DNA of 63,274 bases, counting the filler, from Rhizaria sp. SCN 62-66 (taxonomy: Eukaryota), in NCBI GenBank assembly GCA_001724265.1. It is 8 parts of 8 records of this genome, joined end to end, with 100 filler letters (N's around TTAATTAATTAA, not from the genome) between each part and the next. Parts side by side here need not be neighbours in the genome. Positions count along the whole stretch, not along the records: positions 7,319 to 14,515 come from MEDY01000603.1; positions 14,616 to 21,818 come from MEDY01000604.1; positions 21,919 to 28,947 come from MEDY01000608.1; 5 more parts are not named here. One strand, given 5' to 3'. The position numbers were made by a program, and so were the translations under genes. The notes below the pieces were generated by a model that had not been told where the DNA came from, made no database searches, and saw only the letters and a list, made by a program, of their open reading frames with translations. Positions 11,696 through 21,919 of the stretch are shown in pieces (the first letter of the stretch is position 1; the number at the start of each line of letters is the position of its first letter).

Positions 11696-13546
11696 CTTCT
11701 TTTTTTTTGTCCTCTTCCACAACGCCCAACGCGCTCCAGAACGTCAAGCATTCTTTTTGGAGCTCAGGGCATTCTACTACTAGTAGTCAACCGCCACAAC
11801 ACTTTTACTCGTACTAATACCACTGGTTGCTGGCTCACTAATGGCGGCCGCAGCTGCTCAACAGTGACTCCAATGACCCAGTTTGTTGTGTGCTCCAACC
11901 ACCCACGCCCCCATCACATGCTATTTTTTTAATAAAAAAATATAGTGGGATGGTGAGATTTTACCCAAGTGAGTCATAGTCCGCTTTATACCTATATTAA
12001 TACATGTACAGTACTACTATATGCGTACTACTTAGTAGTAAGTATTAATATGATGGTGCTGACTAAAGCCACAGAAATGTTCATCCATAAGCCTGGTCAC
12101 AAAGCTGTGAGTGACAGCTGTTCTCGTCAGGCAGCCCTGCGATGCAAGAAGACGAGCTTCCAGGACTGTTGGCTCCGCGGGCCGCCGGTGCTGTCGTCTC
12201 CACGATTGAGACTGCAGCGACGACGCGTGTTCTGCGGCAACAAGGCGCATCACACATGTTTTTTAACCTTTGAGTTGCGTACGCGTTGCATTTCGTTCTT
12301 CGCAAGTCCGCGAGAGCATGATAGCATTTTCGGGGCAGTGGCGTCAGCCGAGAGCGATGCGAGCGCACTGTCTGTCATTGCCTCGGTCACAAGAGCTGCT
12401 GCTCACAACTCGTGCTGTATGTACAGCTGATAGCACGTACGCACACAACAATAACTTTCCGTTACAATCTTGTGGATCCACAGCGATCATGGTTGCGGGA
12501 GACTTGAAATTGATCAATGTTGTGTATTGGGAGGTGTAATGAGAACAACGAATTGATGAGACGAGGTGAATATGTCAGATATGCAAGACTGGATCAGAAA
12601 ATATATTTCCTGAACTAGTTGAAAAAAACACACACAAATACAAAGCGGAGCAAACAGCAAAAGAAAATCACTTAACAGAAGGACGTAATCAGAGGGGTTG
12701 GTGCTGACGCCGAACACGAACTTAAAAGTTCGATACGAGATATATCATTTCTGTCGTTTGGTCAGCTGTTGTGCGAGGGTCGTAGCCATACATGTCACGA
12801 GATGAATGTAACGTGACTCACCCGCCCGTAGGTTCAGCTTGCTATCGCAAACTGAGGCTTAACGTGCTAGGCGAGAGTATGCTTGATGATAACGACAATA
12901 TTGCACTACATCATGACCACACTGACTTATATCGTGATAATAGATATATAATGCAAGCAAAACACAAACACTGCGCGAACAGCAAGGGTTAACTTGAAGT
13001 ACTCACAGCGTTTGCACTGACCATCTTGATGACACCACCGACATTTGTTATTCGACTCATATAATTGGGACACAACACGAGACACAGTGACATTATCTCT
13101 GCAAAAACAACAACAAAATTACGCGACCAAGAGCGCACGGACATGTGACGGAGTTGAATCAGTTTATCGATGAGCGAAAAAAAGATTCATCTCACAAGTA
13201 GACACATGACAGGATTGTGAGTTTTCAGAGTGGGTTCAGAGCGAAACAGATTGCGACAATTATAACGGCATAAAAACAACTGTCCGTAGTGTCTTCTCGA
13301 AGTGCTGATTGAAGAAAAAAAAGAAGATTGAGAGGGCGTCTAAGTTTCTGGTACTACAATCAAGAAGAGGAACGAAGAAGCAAACAAAAAAAGGGCCAAA
13401 TAGAGCAACTCACACTTTTGAAATACGAAGTACGCGTAGTAATCAAAAAAGATTGTGAGGAGAGCGAGAGCAAATAAAAACAAACTTACTCATATGCAAA
13501 ATAAAATAAAATCTGATTGGTGCAGTGAGCAATATCCTCTAATTAA

Positions 13547-14515
13547 TTAGAAAAGGTATTGCGCGACACAGGCGAGGATGGCGATCAGCAGCGCAGTGGC
13601 AGTCGTAACGGTCGCAGCACTGTTCGGGTTAGAGCACGTGAGCGAAGAACTGTCGCAGTTGCCAGTGACGCAGTCGGAGTCAACCTCACAAGCGTAGAAA
13701 AGGTTGCAGGCGTAGCAGCCAGACGCCTCGCCACCGCCGCAGTCCGTCGCGGTCTCGGCGCCGTCCTTGACGCCGTTAGAGCACGAGGCAGGCATAACCA
13801 CGACAGCGGAGAGCGCAGAGGTGTTGAGCACGGGCTTGCCGGCGACATTGGAGACGGCCTGGTTGATTTCATCCTGCTTGTCAGCCAGCAGAGCCTTAAG
13901 CTCGCCCTCCGTCGTCATCGAAGAAAGCTCGAACGCGAACTCGAGCTCGACGTGCGTGGGCGTGCCCTTCTGCGCAGCAGTGTCAAGCGCGGCCTCAGAA
14001 GTGCCGACGGCGCCCGTGTAGACGAGCTTCTGTGACTTGACAACAATGTCGGCAAAGTCGCTGCCCGGGATGCGGCGGTTGTACTCGAGGCGGATAGCGT
14101 TGATTGCAGCCTTGGACAGTAACGTGTTGGAGATGATACGGACAATCTGAGAGACAACAGTCGTGCCTTGCTCCTCGCTGGTCACAGCGGGCACCGCAAT
14201 GGACGGGATCTGCGCGATGGGCTTGCCAGCAGCGTTGAGCACAAGGATGTTCTCGAGAGAGCCCTCGAACGGCGTGGCAGGAACGGTCAGGCCAGTGCAG
14301 CGGATGCGGAAGGGCGCGTCAGTGATGCGCTCAACAGCGGACTTAAACGTGAGCGCAACTGTCGTTGACTCGGTAAAGCCGCCGTTGTTAGCAGGCACGG
14401 ACACGGTGAGAGTGGACACCTTCTTGTTCCACTTGAGCGCCTGGCACTTGACGTCAGAGCCCGCAGTAATGACAGCAGGCAGACGGAAGTAGACGACGGC
14501 GCCGGCCGGGATGGC
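13547..14515 (-). CDS. Probable GPI-anchored or C-terminally anchored surface protein with Cys-rich module; 5'-truncated
   Basis: Frame open to the contig edge at 14515. CSNGVKDGAETATDCGG...C..C....C..DSDC..GNC motif, then NSA plus hydrophobic tail LLIAILACVAQYLF-TAA. Confidence 0.75.
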   Translation of the reverse strand, partial: AIPAGAVVYFRLPAVITAGSDVKCQALKWNKKVSTLTVSVPANNGGFTESTTVALTFKSAVERITDAPFRIRCTGLTVPATPFEGSLENILVLNAAGKPIAQIPSIAVPAVTSEEQGTTVVSQIVRIISNTLLSKAAINAIRLEYNRRIPGSDFADIVVKSQKLVYTGAVGTSEAALDTAAQKGTPTHVELEFAFELSSMTTEGELKALLADKQDEINQAVSNVAGKPVLNTSALSAVVVMPASCSNGVKDGAETATDCGGGEASGCYACNLFYACEVDSDCVTGNCDSSSLTCSNPNSAATVTTATALLIAILACVAQYLF

Positions 14516-14615
14516 NNNNNNNNNNNNNNNNNNNNNNNNNNNNNNNNNNNNNNNNNNNNTTAATTAATTAANNNNNNNNNNNNNNNNNNNNNNNNNNNNN
14601 NNNNNNNNNNNNNNN
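14516..14615. other. Artificial contig spacer
   Basis: N44-TTAATTAATTAA-N44. Confidence 0.99.
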
Positions 14616-14836
14616 GACGCCAGGGGATATGTAGATAGCGCTCGAGATATGCGATAAAGCCACTGCTGGGTGACCTTATACTTCTTACGTACTGCCTCCG
14701 CATCCCCAGTCTTTATCAGCTCCTCAAAGATAGCAACTTTGAGCCACCAGACCATGTAGGAACCTCTGCGGACCGGTACTCCCGAAGGCGCATCCTTGTG
14801 ACGTGTGCTTAAGTTTAACCTTTTGTCCTCTGACAT
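14616..14836 (-). mobile_element. Possible transposase N-terminal HTH fragment, truncated by contig end
   Basis: RRGSYMVWWLKVAIFEEL...AVRKKYKVTQQWLYRI has an HTH-like pattern typical of DNA-transposase N-termini; sits at a contig edge. Confidence 0.35.
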
Positions 14837-15447
14837 CTAGTCTTCAGGTGAAAATGCGATATAGAGGGTTGATGTCTTTGACCTGAAGCTTAGAGGGCGG
14901 TTTGAGCCGTTTGATGAGGCTAATCTACACGTATACTGCAAGACACACAATAATAATTTGAAAAACGTATTTTCAGCTACGCATAAATTACAACTCATAC
15001 AGGTAAATGTATATTGACGGCTATTTCATGTGGTAATCCAGTGATGTTTATTGGGGATGGGGAGTCTGGCCGAGTGCCGCCACACCCCCCCTGTTAGTTA
15101 GTCACCGTCTCACATGCTTTTTAATGTAAAATGTCGTGCGTCACAGTGTGTGTGACGAAAAAAAATGAAATCACCAATATAGAGCTACATTTATGAAAAC
15201 GACAAATAAAAGTATATTGCAATACTAACGAGATAGTGAGGGATATATGGCGATGTTAAATAGCGGAGCTAAATTTTTTCGGAACCGAATTCCAAATTAA
15301 AGCAGGTCGCAAATTTGTCCTCGCCTCCTTTGGGCTCCAATTGGGGCCGCCTCTGGCTTTCGCCCCAGCCAGAGTGAGCAAGAGCAAGGGAGAGGGGGAA
15401 GATTGCCTTTGTGATCAGAGCGGTCATAAGTGGGAAAGGGAGTACTG

Positions 15448-18400
15448 ATGCGTATTCTAGTCACACTTATTGCCTTTTCGGCTCTGTTTGCCGCTGCCAT
15501 TGCGGCAAAAGTTGAATCCGTACGTCCCATTTGTGCTCTCAATTCTCCCTCGTTGACCACCTCCCTAGCCCCACTCTGTCCCCTTTCTTAACCGCTTCTG
15601 TCAGCTCACCACGTCCCCCTTTCCGTCTGCGAATACTCCCAATTGATACTTTAGCCGTGGTTCAACAAGGCGATTGCCGACCACTGGAAAGACCCGGTGG
15701 CCAGTGGTGCCCCCGGTGGCTTTATTGCCAAGCTTCACGAGTTTCGTCCCACAGCTGTCGTGGACAAGCTTGACAAGAAGCTGGTCGGTGCCAATGCTAC
15801 CCGCTTTGAGGCGTACAAGAAGCAGGTACGTTCTTCTCCTCGTCTCCTTCTTTCCCCACCCACTCACGCCCGCGTACAACTTCATTTCCCCGCGCTCTGA
15901 CCCGTTCTTTCTCCACCCGCCCAACACCCTCCTCTCACCTTGCTCACGTCCGGATCCTTTCTCTTTCTGGCCGCTTGCCTCCCTGTGTTCGTGTTTCGCC
16001 TTGTGTTACCTTTTCTTCTTTTCCCACAGGTCACGGACGGTTTCTCCGTGATGTCGCGTGTCTTCAACCGCAGCTCTTGTGACGCCATGAGCTTCTCTCC
16101 TCGTGAGTCCACTCCCACTGGTCGCATCCCTCAGTGCCTCCAACCGACCCGTACTCCCAAGAACGAGTCGGAGTGGGATTCCCTCAACTACCTCGCGAGC
16201 CGCTTTGCGCCCATCTTCCACTACCACGTCGACGAGGTCAACTACCCGGAGTCCGTCCTCTCCTTCATGGACCACTCCGAGCTCAAGGACCACCCCAAGG
16301 GGTCGTACTACGGCCTCAACTCATGGGTCTACCGCCGCGGCAGCCCCGACTTCTCGGACGCGCGCGCCTACGTCGATTACGTCATCCGCAACCAGATTGC
16401 CAACATTAAGTACTACATCTTCTACCCCTACTCTGCCAAGCAGTATACGGGCATCAAGATCAAGACCAAGGACATCGACGTGTCCATCGACCGCCTCATT
16501 GACCTCGACCCCTTCGGCGTGCACGAGGGTGATTGGGAGACTGTGGAGGTCCACGTCAACATGGACACTCGCCAGCTGCTCGGCATCACTACCTGGGAGT
16601 TTAACCCCAACAACCTGCCCCGCAAGCCCGTGTACCACGCCGCTGGCAAGCTCAACGTGACCGACACGCACCCCAACCTCTTCGTCTCGCTCGGCACCCA
16701 TAACACGTACATCACCCAGGGCGCGCACCGCCTCTACGCCGCCTTCTCACGCTGCTTCGACGAGAACAAGGACACCGTCTACGTCGGCGCCGATCTCCTG
16801 GACCGCGCTTTCGCCAGCGGTCGCTCGTGGAACACTGCCAACTCGATCCGCGCCATCCGCGACCCGCGCCGCACGACCTCTTCGTGGGTTAACTTCCCCG
16901 GCAACTTCGGCTCCATGGACGGCCTCACCGCCGCCGCCATCGGCTGCCGCGAAGGTGGCCGCTTCAAGATGTCGACGCGCATGGCCGAGCGCCTCGCCAA
17001 GTCGATGGATTTCCTCCCTGCCGAGACGCGCAACACCTTCTCCGAGGGTTATGTCAAGTTTATGTGCGAGTCCCTCTCGTCCACACTCTTCCCCTGGCTC
17101 GACGACCCCATCGGTGTGCCCACGCCCACCACGGAGAAGGCCCAGTCTGCTGCGCTCATCGCCCAGATGAAGCAGTGCGAGTCGCTCGAGACGTACGTCT
17201 CTGACCGCGAGTACGCCTTCGACACGATGCGCAGCCTCTTCAACGTCTCCGAGTTCAAGGCCGCCGAGGCCGAGACCGCGCGCGTGCTCGTGGCGTCGCG
17301 CCAGACCCTCGCCCTCTCTGCCGAGCGCAACTACACCGAGGCCGTGCTCGCCGCGCGCGCCGCCGCAAAGGTGCTCGACACGCGCCGTGACGCTGTCGTC
17401 TCGCAGCAGACCTCGCTCAGCACTGCGCGCGAGGTGCAGAAAGATCTCGACACGCTCTCCCTCTCCGACGCCGAGAAGCACATCGCGCAGACTTACCGCG
17501 AGGAGGTCCAGCAGCAGGAGTCGCGCCTCGAGGGCCTGTCGGCCGCCGTGCGCGAGGCCAAGGCCGCGTTCCGCACCGCTGTCGAGAAGGTGAAGCAGTA
17601 CTTTGCCCTGCTCGAGGCTGCGAACCGCGCGCTGGCCGAAGCCCGCGTCGAGTATGAGCAGCGCAAGAAGGAGGCTCTGCAGGCGCTCCAGGCATACCAT
17701 GTCGCCGAGGGCGAGTACAAGTACGCCGCCAAGAAGGAGGAGGAGATCCGTGCCCACCAGCTCCGCGAGGACCTCAACACTGCGCGCCAGATCTCTGACG
17801 AGAAGGAGCGTAAGCTCGCTGAACAGCGCGCCATGGCCGAGAATGACGCCGCACTCAAGCGTGCGCAGGCCGAGAAGGACCTCGCCGCGCGTCTCGCCGC
17901 CGAGGCCAAGGCCGCCGCGGAGAAGATCCAACGCGAGCAGCTCGAGTACCGTCTTGCCATCGAGGCCGCGGCCGCCAAGCGCAAGGCCGAGGAGGACGCC
18001 ACCCGCATCGCCAAGGAGAAGCAGGCCAAGGAGCTCGAGGCCAAGCGCGCCGAGGCTGCCCGCCTCGCTGCCGCCGTCAAGCGTGAAGAGCAGATCCGCG
18101 CCGCCGCCGAAGCCGCCGCCGCCAAGGCCAAGGAGCTCTCCGACAAGGAAGGCAAGAACGCACTCGACGCCGTTGCCGCCGCGCTCAAGGCTGAGCAGAC
18201 CCGTCTCCGTCTCGAGCAGGCCCGCGCCGCCGCCGAGGCCGCTCTCAAGGCCGCCACGTCGTCCAAGGACCGTGAGGCTGCTGAGAAGGCCGCCGCCAAG
18301 GCCCGCGAGGACGCCAAGAAGGCTGAGGACGAGGAGAAGCTCCTGCTTGAGGCCAAGCGCAAGGCTGAGGCCGCCGCCGCCAAGGCCAAGGCCGAAGCCC

Positions 18401-20214
18401 AGGCTCAGGCCGAGGCCGCCGCCGACGCCAAGAAGAAGGCTGAGGCCGAGGCCGCTGCCAAGGCCAAGGCCGAGGCGGACCAGAAGGCTGCCGAGAAGGC
18501 CAAGGAGGCCGCCGACAAGGCCGCCCAGGAGGCCGCGGAGAAGGCGAAGCAGGCCGAGGAGGACCAGAAGAACGTCGACAAGAAGCTCGAGGAGGAGAAG
18601 GCCAAGGCGGAGGAGAAGCTCAAGGCTGAGCAGGAGGCCGCCAAGAAGCAGGCTGAGGCCGACGCCGCCCGCGAGAAGCTTCGTCTCGAAGAGGAGGCCG
18701 CCGCCGAGCGCAAGCGCGAGGAGGAGCGTAAGATTGCCGAGGCCAAGGCTGCCGCCGAGGCCGAGGCCGCCGCCAAGGCCGCCGCCGAGAAGGCCAAGAC
18801 TGAGGAGGCTCTTCTCAAGGAGCAGGAGGCCGCGCGCAAGAAGGAGGAGGAGGCCGCCCAGGCCGCCGCCAAGGCTAAGGCCGACGCCGAGGCCGCCGAC
18901 AAGGCCGCGCATGAGGAAGCCGACCGCGTTAAGGCCGAGGAGCAGAAGCTGCTCGAGGAGAAGCACAAGGCTGAGGAGGAGGCCGCCAAGAAGCTCGAGG
19001 AGGACCGCCAGAAGGCTGAGGCTGCGGCCAAGGCCAAGAAGGAGGCCGAGGACGCCGCCGCCCGCGCCGAGCTTGAGCGCGACGAATCGATCCGCGAGGC
19101 TCAGAAGAAGGCCGCCGAGGAGGCCAAGAAGGCTGCTGAGGCTGAGCTCCGTGCCGCTGAGGAGGCTGCCGCCGCCAAGAAGAAGGCTGCCGAAGAGGAG
19201 GAGGCCAAGAAGAAGGCCGCCGAGGAGGCCACGCGCAAGGAAGAGGAGGCCCGCAAGGCCGCCGAGGCCGCTGCCAAGAAGAAGGCCGAGGAGGAGGAGG
19301 CGCAGAAGAAGGCCGCCGAGGAGGCTGAGCTGCAGCGCCGCCGTGCCGAGGCCGAGGCCAAGCGCAAGGCCGAGGAGGCGGAGCGCAAGGCTGAGGAGGA
19401 ACGCAAGGCCGCGCAGGAGGCCGCCGACGCCGCCGCCAAGGCCGCCGCCGAGAAGGCTGAGCGCGAGCGTCTCGAGCAGATCGAGCGCGAGGCCCGCGAG
19501 GCGAAGCTGGCGCTCGAGAAGGCCGAGGCTGAGCGCGTCAAGGCGCAGCAGGAGGCCGACAAGCTGCGTGCCGAGGAGGAGCGTATCCGCCGTGAGCGTG
19601 AGGCTGAGGCTGAGCGTCTTGCCTCTGAGGAGCTCAAGAAGAAGCAGGCTGAGGAGGAGGCCAAGCGTGCTGCCGAGGAGGAGGCGCGCAAGCTCAAGGA
19701 GGCGGAGGACGCTGCTGCCAAGAAGGCCGAGGAGGAGCGTCTTGCTAACGAGAAGGCTGAGAAGGAAAAGATCGAGCTCGAGAACAAGCTTGCGCGCGAC
19801 AAGGCCGAGAAGGAGGAGGCTGACCGCAAGCGTGAGGCCGAGGAGGCTGAGAAAAAGCGCTTGGAGCAAGAGAAGCAGGACGAGGAACGCCGCAAGGCTG
19901 AGGAGGCCGCCAACGACGCCCGTGCTGAGGCGGAGCGCAAGGCCGCCGAGGACCGCAAGAAGGCTGAGGCTGAGGAGGAGGCGCGCCGCAAGGCCGCTGA
20001 GGAGGCTGCTGCTGCTGCCAAGAAGCGCAAGGAGGAGGAGGACGAGGCCGCCCGCAAGAAGGCTGAACAGGCCGCCAACAGCGAGGCCAGTGCCGTCACT
20101 CAAAAGGCCAGGAGCCGCTTCGCCAACCTCAACGGTCGTCTCCACGACCCCGTGCCGCCCCGCTGGGCTGAGGTCAGCGCCGAAGTCAAGGGCAAGTTCG
20201 ACAAGGGTGCGTAA
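15448..20214 (+). CDS. Secreted Vps62-like domain protein with very long Glu/Lys/Ala/Arg-rich helix, about 1475 aa; exons 15448-15519, 15655-15825, 16030-20214
   Basis: Signal peptide MRILVTLIAFSALFAAAIAA; two phase-0 GTACGT introns; FAPIFHYH..E.NYP, YYIFYPY, GVHEGDWE, HPNLFVSLGTHNTY and WVNFPGNFG motifs; EEEAKKKAAEE-type repeats; ends TAA. Confidence 0.8.
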
Positions 20215-20934
20215 AGCAATGTCACTTCTCTCTCTCTCCGTTCGTTCTCAGAGCAACAGTCTCTCGCTCTTTGACTGCGCTTCGGAGTAACGCTAAGTAA
20301 GCAGTGATAATACGTCGTGACGTATATGATACGTCGAGCAACAACGTTCAATAACAATCAAAACAAAAAATCGTTTTAAATCTCTCTTGATAATGTTTTT
20401 CAATACAACGTTACTCTTTATAACAACAAACTCTAAACAAACTCTTACAAGTGTGCTTATGTGAGAACCTAGAACATGTTAATAACATCAAAACAGCCTT
20501 AAAACGAGATTATGATAATCAATCATGTTTATTGTGTTAACTAAATGTAATTGTTGTCAATATCGCTCGTTTTATACAATAACTATCGTTTAAAGTGTCT
20601 TCCACATCAGTGTCAAAGTCTCGCACGCAGCGTGACAGTCAACTGCAACTTAACAGCGCATAAGTCGTTCATCTCGCCACAAATGCCGCTGAACCGGTGA
20701 AGACATAAATAGAAATACAAACACGATTAATGTTAGATAATTGTTGTGTCAGCCACATGCTACAAACGGAGCCACACGGTGCAACATGGCATCTCTCACG
20801 TGCTTGCTCGATGGGCACCGCTATCATGTAAAAGCATCATCGTCGGACTAAGAAAGCGTCGTCGGCGGCGGAACCGTGTCCCATGGTTCAGTGATGGTGG
20901 CCTTGCTCCGCGCGAAGGCGATGTGCTCACGCGT

Positions 20935-20995
20935 AGTATAGTTATAAGTATAACTATAGTATAAGTATACTATACTTATACTTATACTATTCTTA
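20935..20995. repeat. AT-rich AGTATA/TATACT micro-repeat, self-complementary
   Basis: AGTATAGTTATAAGTATAACTATAGTATAAGTATACTATACTTATACTTATACT. Confidence 0.7.
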
Positions 20996-20999
20996 TCAA

Positions 21000-21720
21000 C
21001 ACGCGCAATCTCCAGCTCCGACAGCGGCGGATCGGGTGTTGTGTATTCGCCCTGCTCGTTGAGGTTGACCGCGCTGAGCGGCAGCAGCACGCCCGCGTCG
21101 CGCAGCGCCGTCGTCGCCACGCTCTCGCGCCCGTCGCCCTGCAGCCGGAACATCGATGTCGAGACTCACCGTGATCCAGTGAAACGCGCCCCAGTGCGGC
21201 ATCGGCGCGTACCGCAGCACCGTCGCGTTGATTTCGTTGTATCCTTCGCGCGCGATCGGCACGTCGGGGCAGTTAAACATCACGCGGCAGATATGCTTTG
21301 TCACCTCCGACCCTAAGTGCGCCGTGGCGGCCTGCGTGTGTTTCACGGACTCGTAGTTGCCCACCTGTGGCAGCAGACGCCGGACGCCAGTGTGCTGCAG
21401 CGCGCGCACGACGATGGCGTTGTCCTCGTACTCCCAGCCCCAGAAGTGGTTGGGAAAGCCGTTGACGCGTGTGAAGCCCGCCATAGTCATTGCAAGCACG
21501 CCGTTGGCGCAAAGCCCGTGCTTGAGGTAGGCCTGCGTCGCCCATCTCCAATACCAGCGTCGCGTAATCGCGACCGGGTACTTTCTCAGTAGCGCGCAGG
21601 TGTGTGTCCAGGATCGTTGTCAGCTCCAGCAAGTGCCTGGCGAGCTGGCGCTGTGACACAAGTAGTACTCGTGGTACGGCACCAGAATCAGCATCTTCCC
21701 GGGTGATTTGGGGCTGTTCC
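21000..21720 (-). pseudogene. Beta-1,4-galactosyltransferase (GT7)-like pseudogene
   Basis: KMLILVPYHE, DYATLVLEMG and GVLAMTMAGFTRVNGFPNHFWGWEYEDN lie in different frames; the central FNRA/DVD region is absent. Confidence 0.65.
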
Positions 21721-21818
21721 TGATATTTTGAGAACCCCAACGGAAGGGACGGGGCAGGTGGTGTCGAAGAGTGCGCAACTACAATGTGAGATTGCTAACC
21801 ATTTGCGCACAAACACGA

Positions 21819-21918
21819 NNNNNNNNNNNNNNNNNNNNNNNNNNNNNNNNNNNNNNNNNNNNTTAATTAATTAANNNNNNNNNNNNNNNNNNNNNNNNNN
21901 NNNNNNNNNNNNNNNNNN
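21819..21918. other. Artificial contig spacer
   Basis: N44-TTAATTAATTAA-N44. Confidence 0.99.
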
Positions 21919-21919
21919 G

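Noticed and set aside
11969-12430. 153-aa ORF and similar short ORFs in intergenic DNA (27079-27521, 34457-35163, 46775-47224, 58694-58996)
   Set aside because: No recognisable motifs, codon bias or splice structure; some may be decayed repeats but I cannot support a call.
16747-20145. 1132-aa Leu/Gly-rich minus ORF and 895-aa Arg/Pro-rich alternate-frame ORF
   Set aside because: Shadows of the GC-rich, codon-biased E/K/A gene. The same applies to the many overlapping ORFs over CSN6, VPS50, INO1 and the ABC1 kinase.
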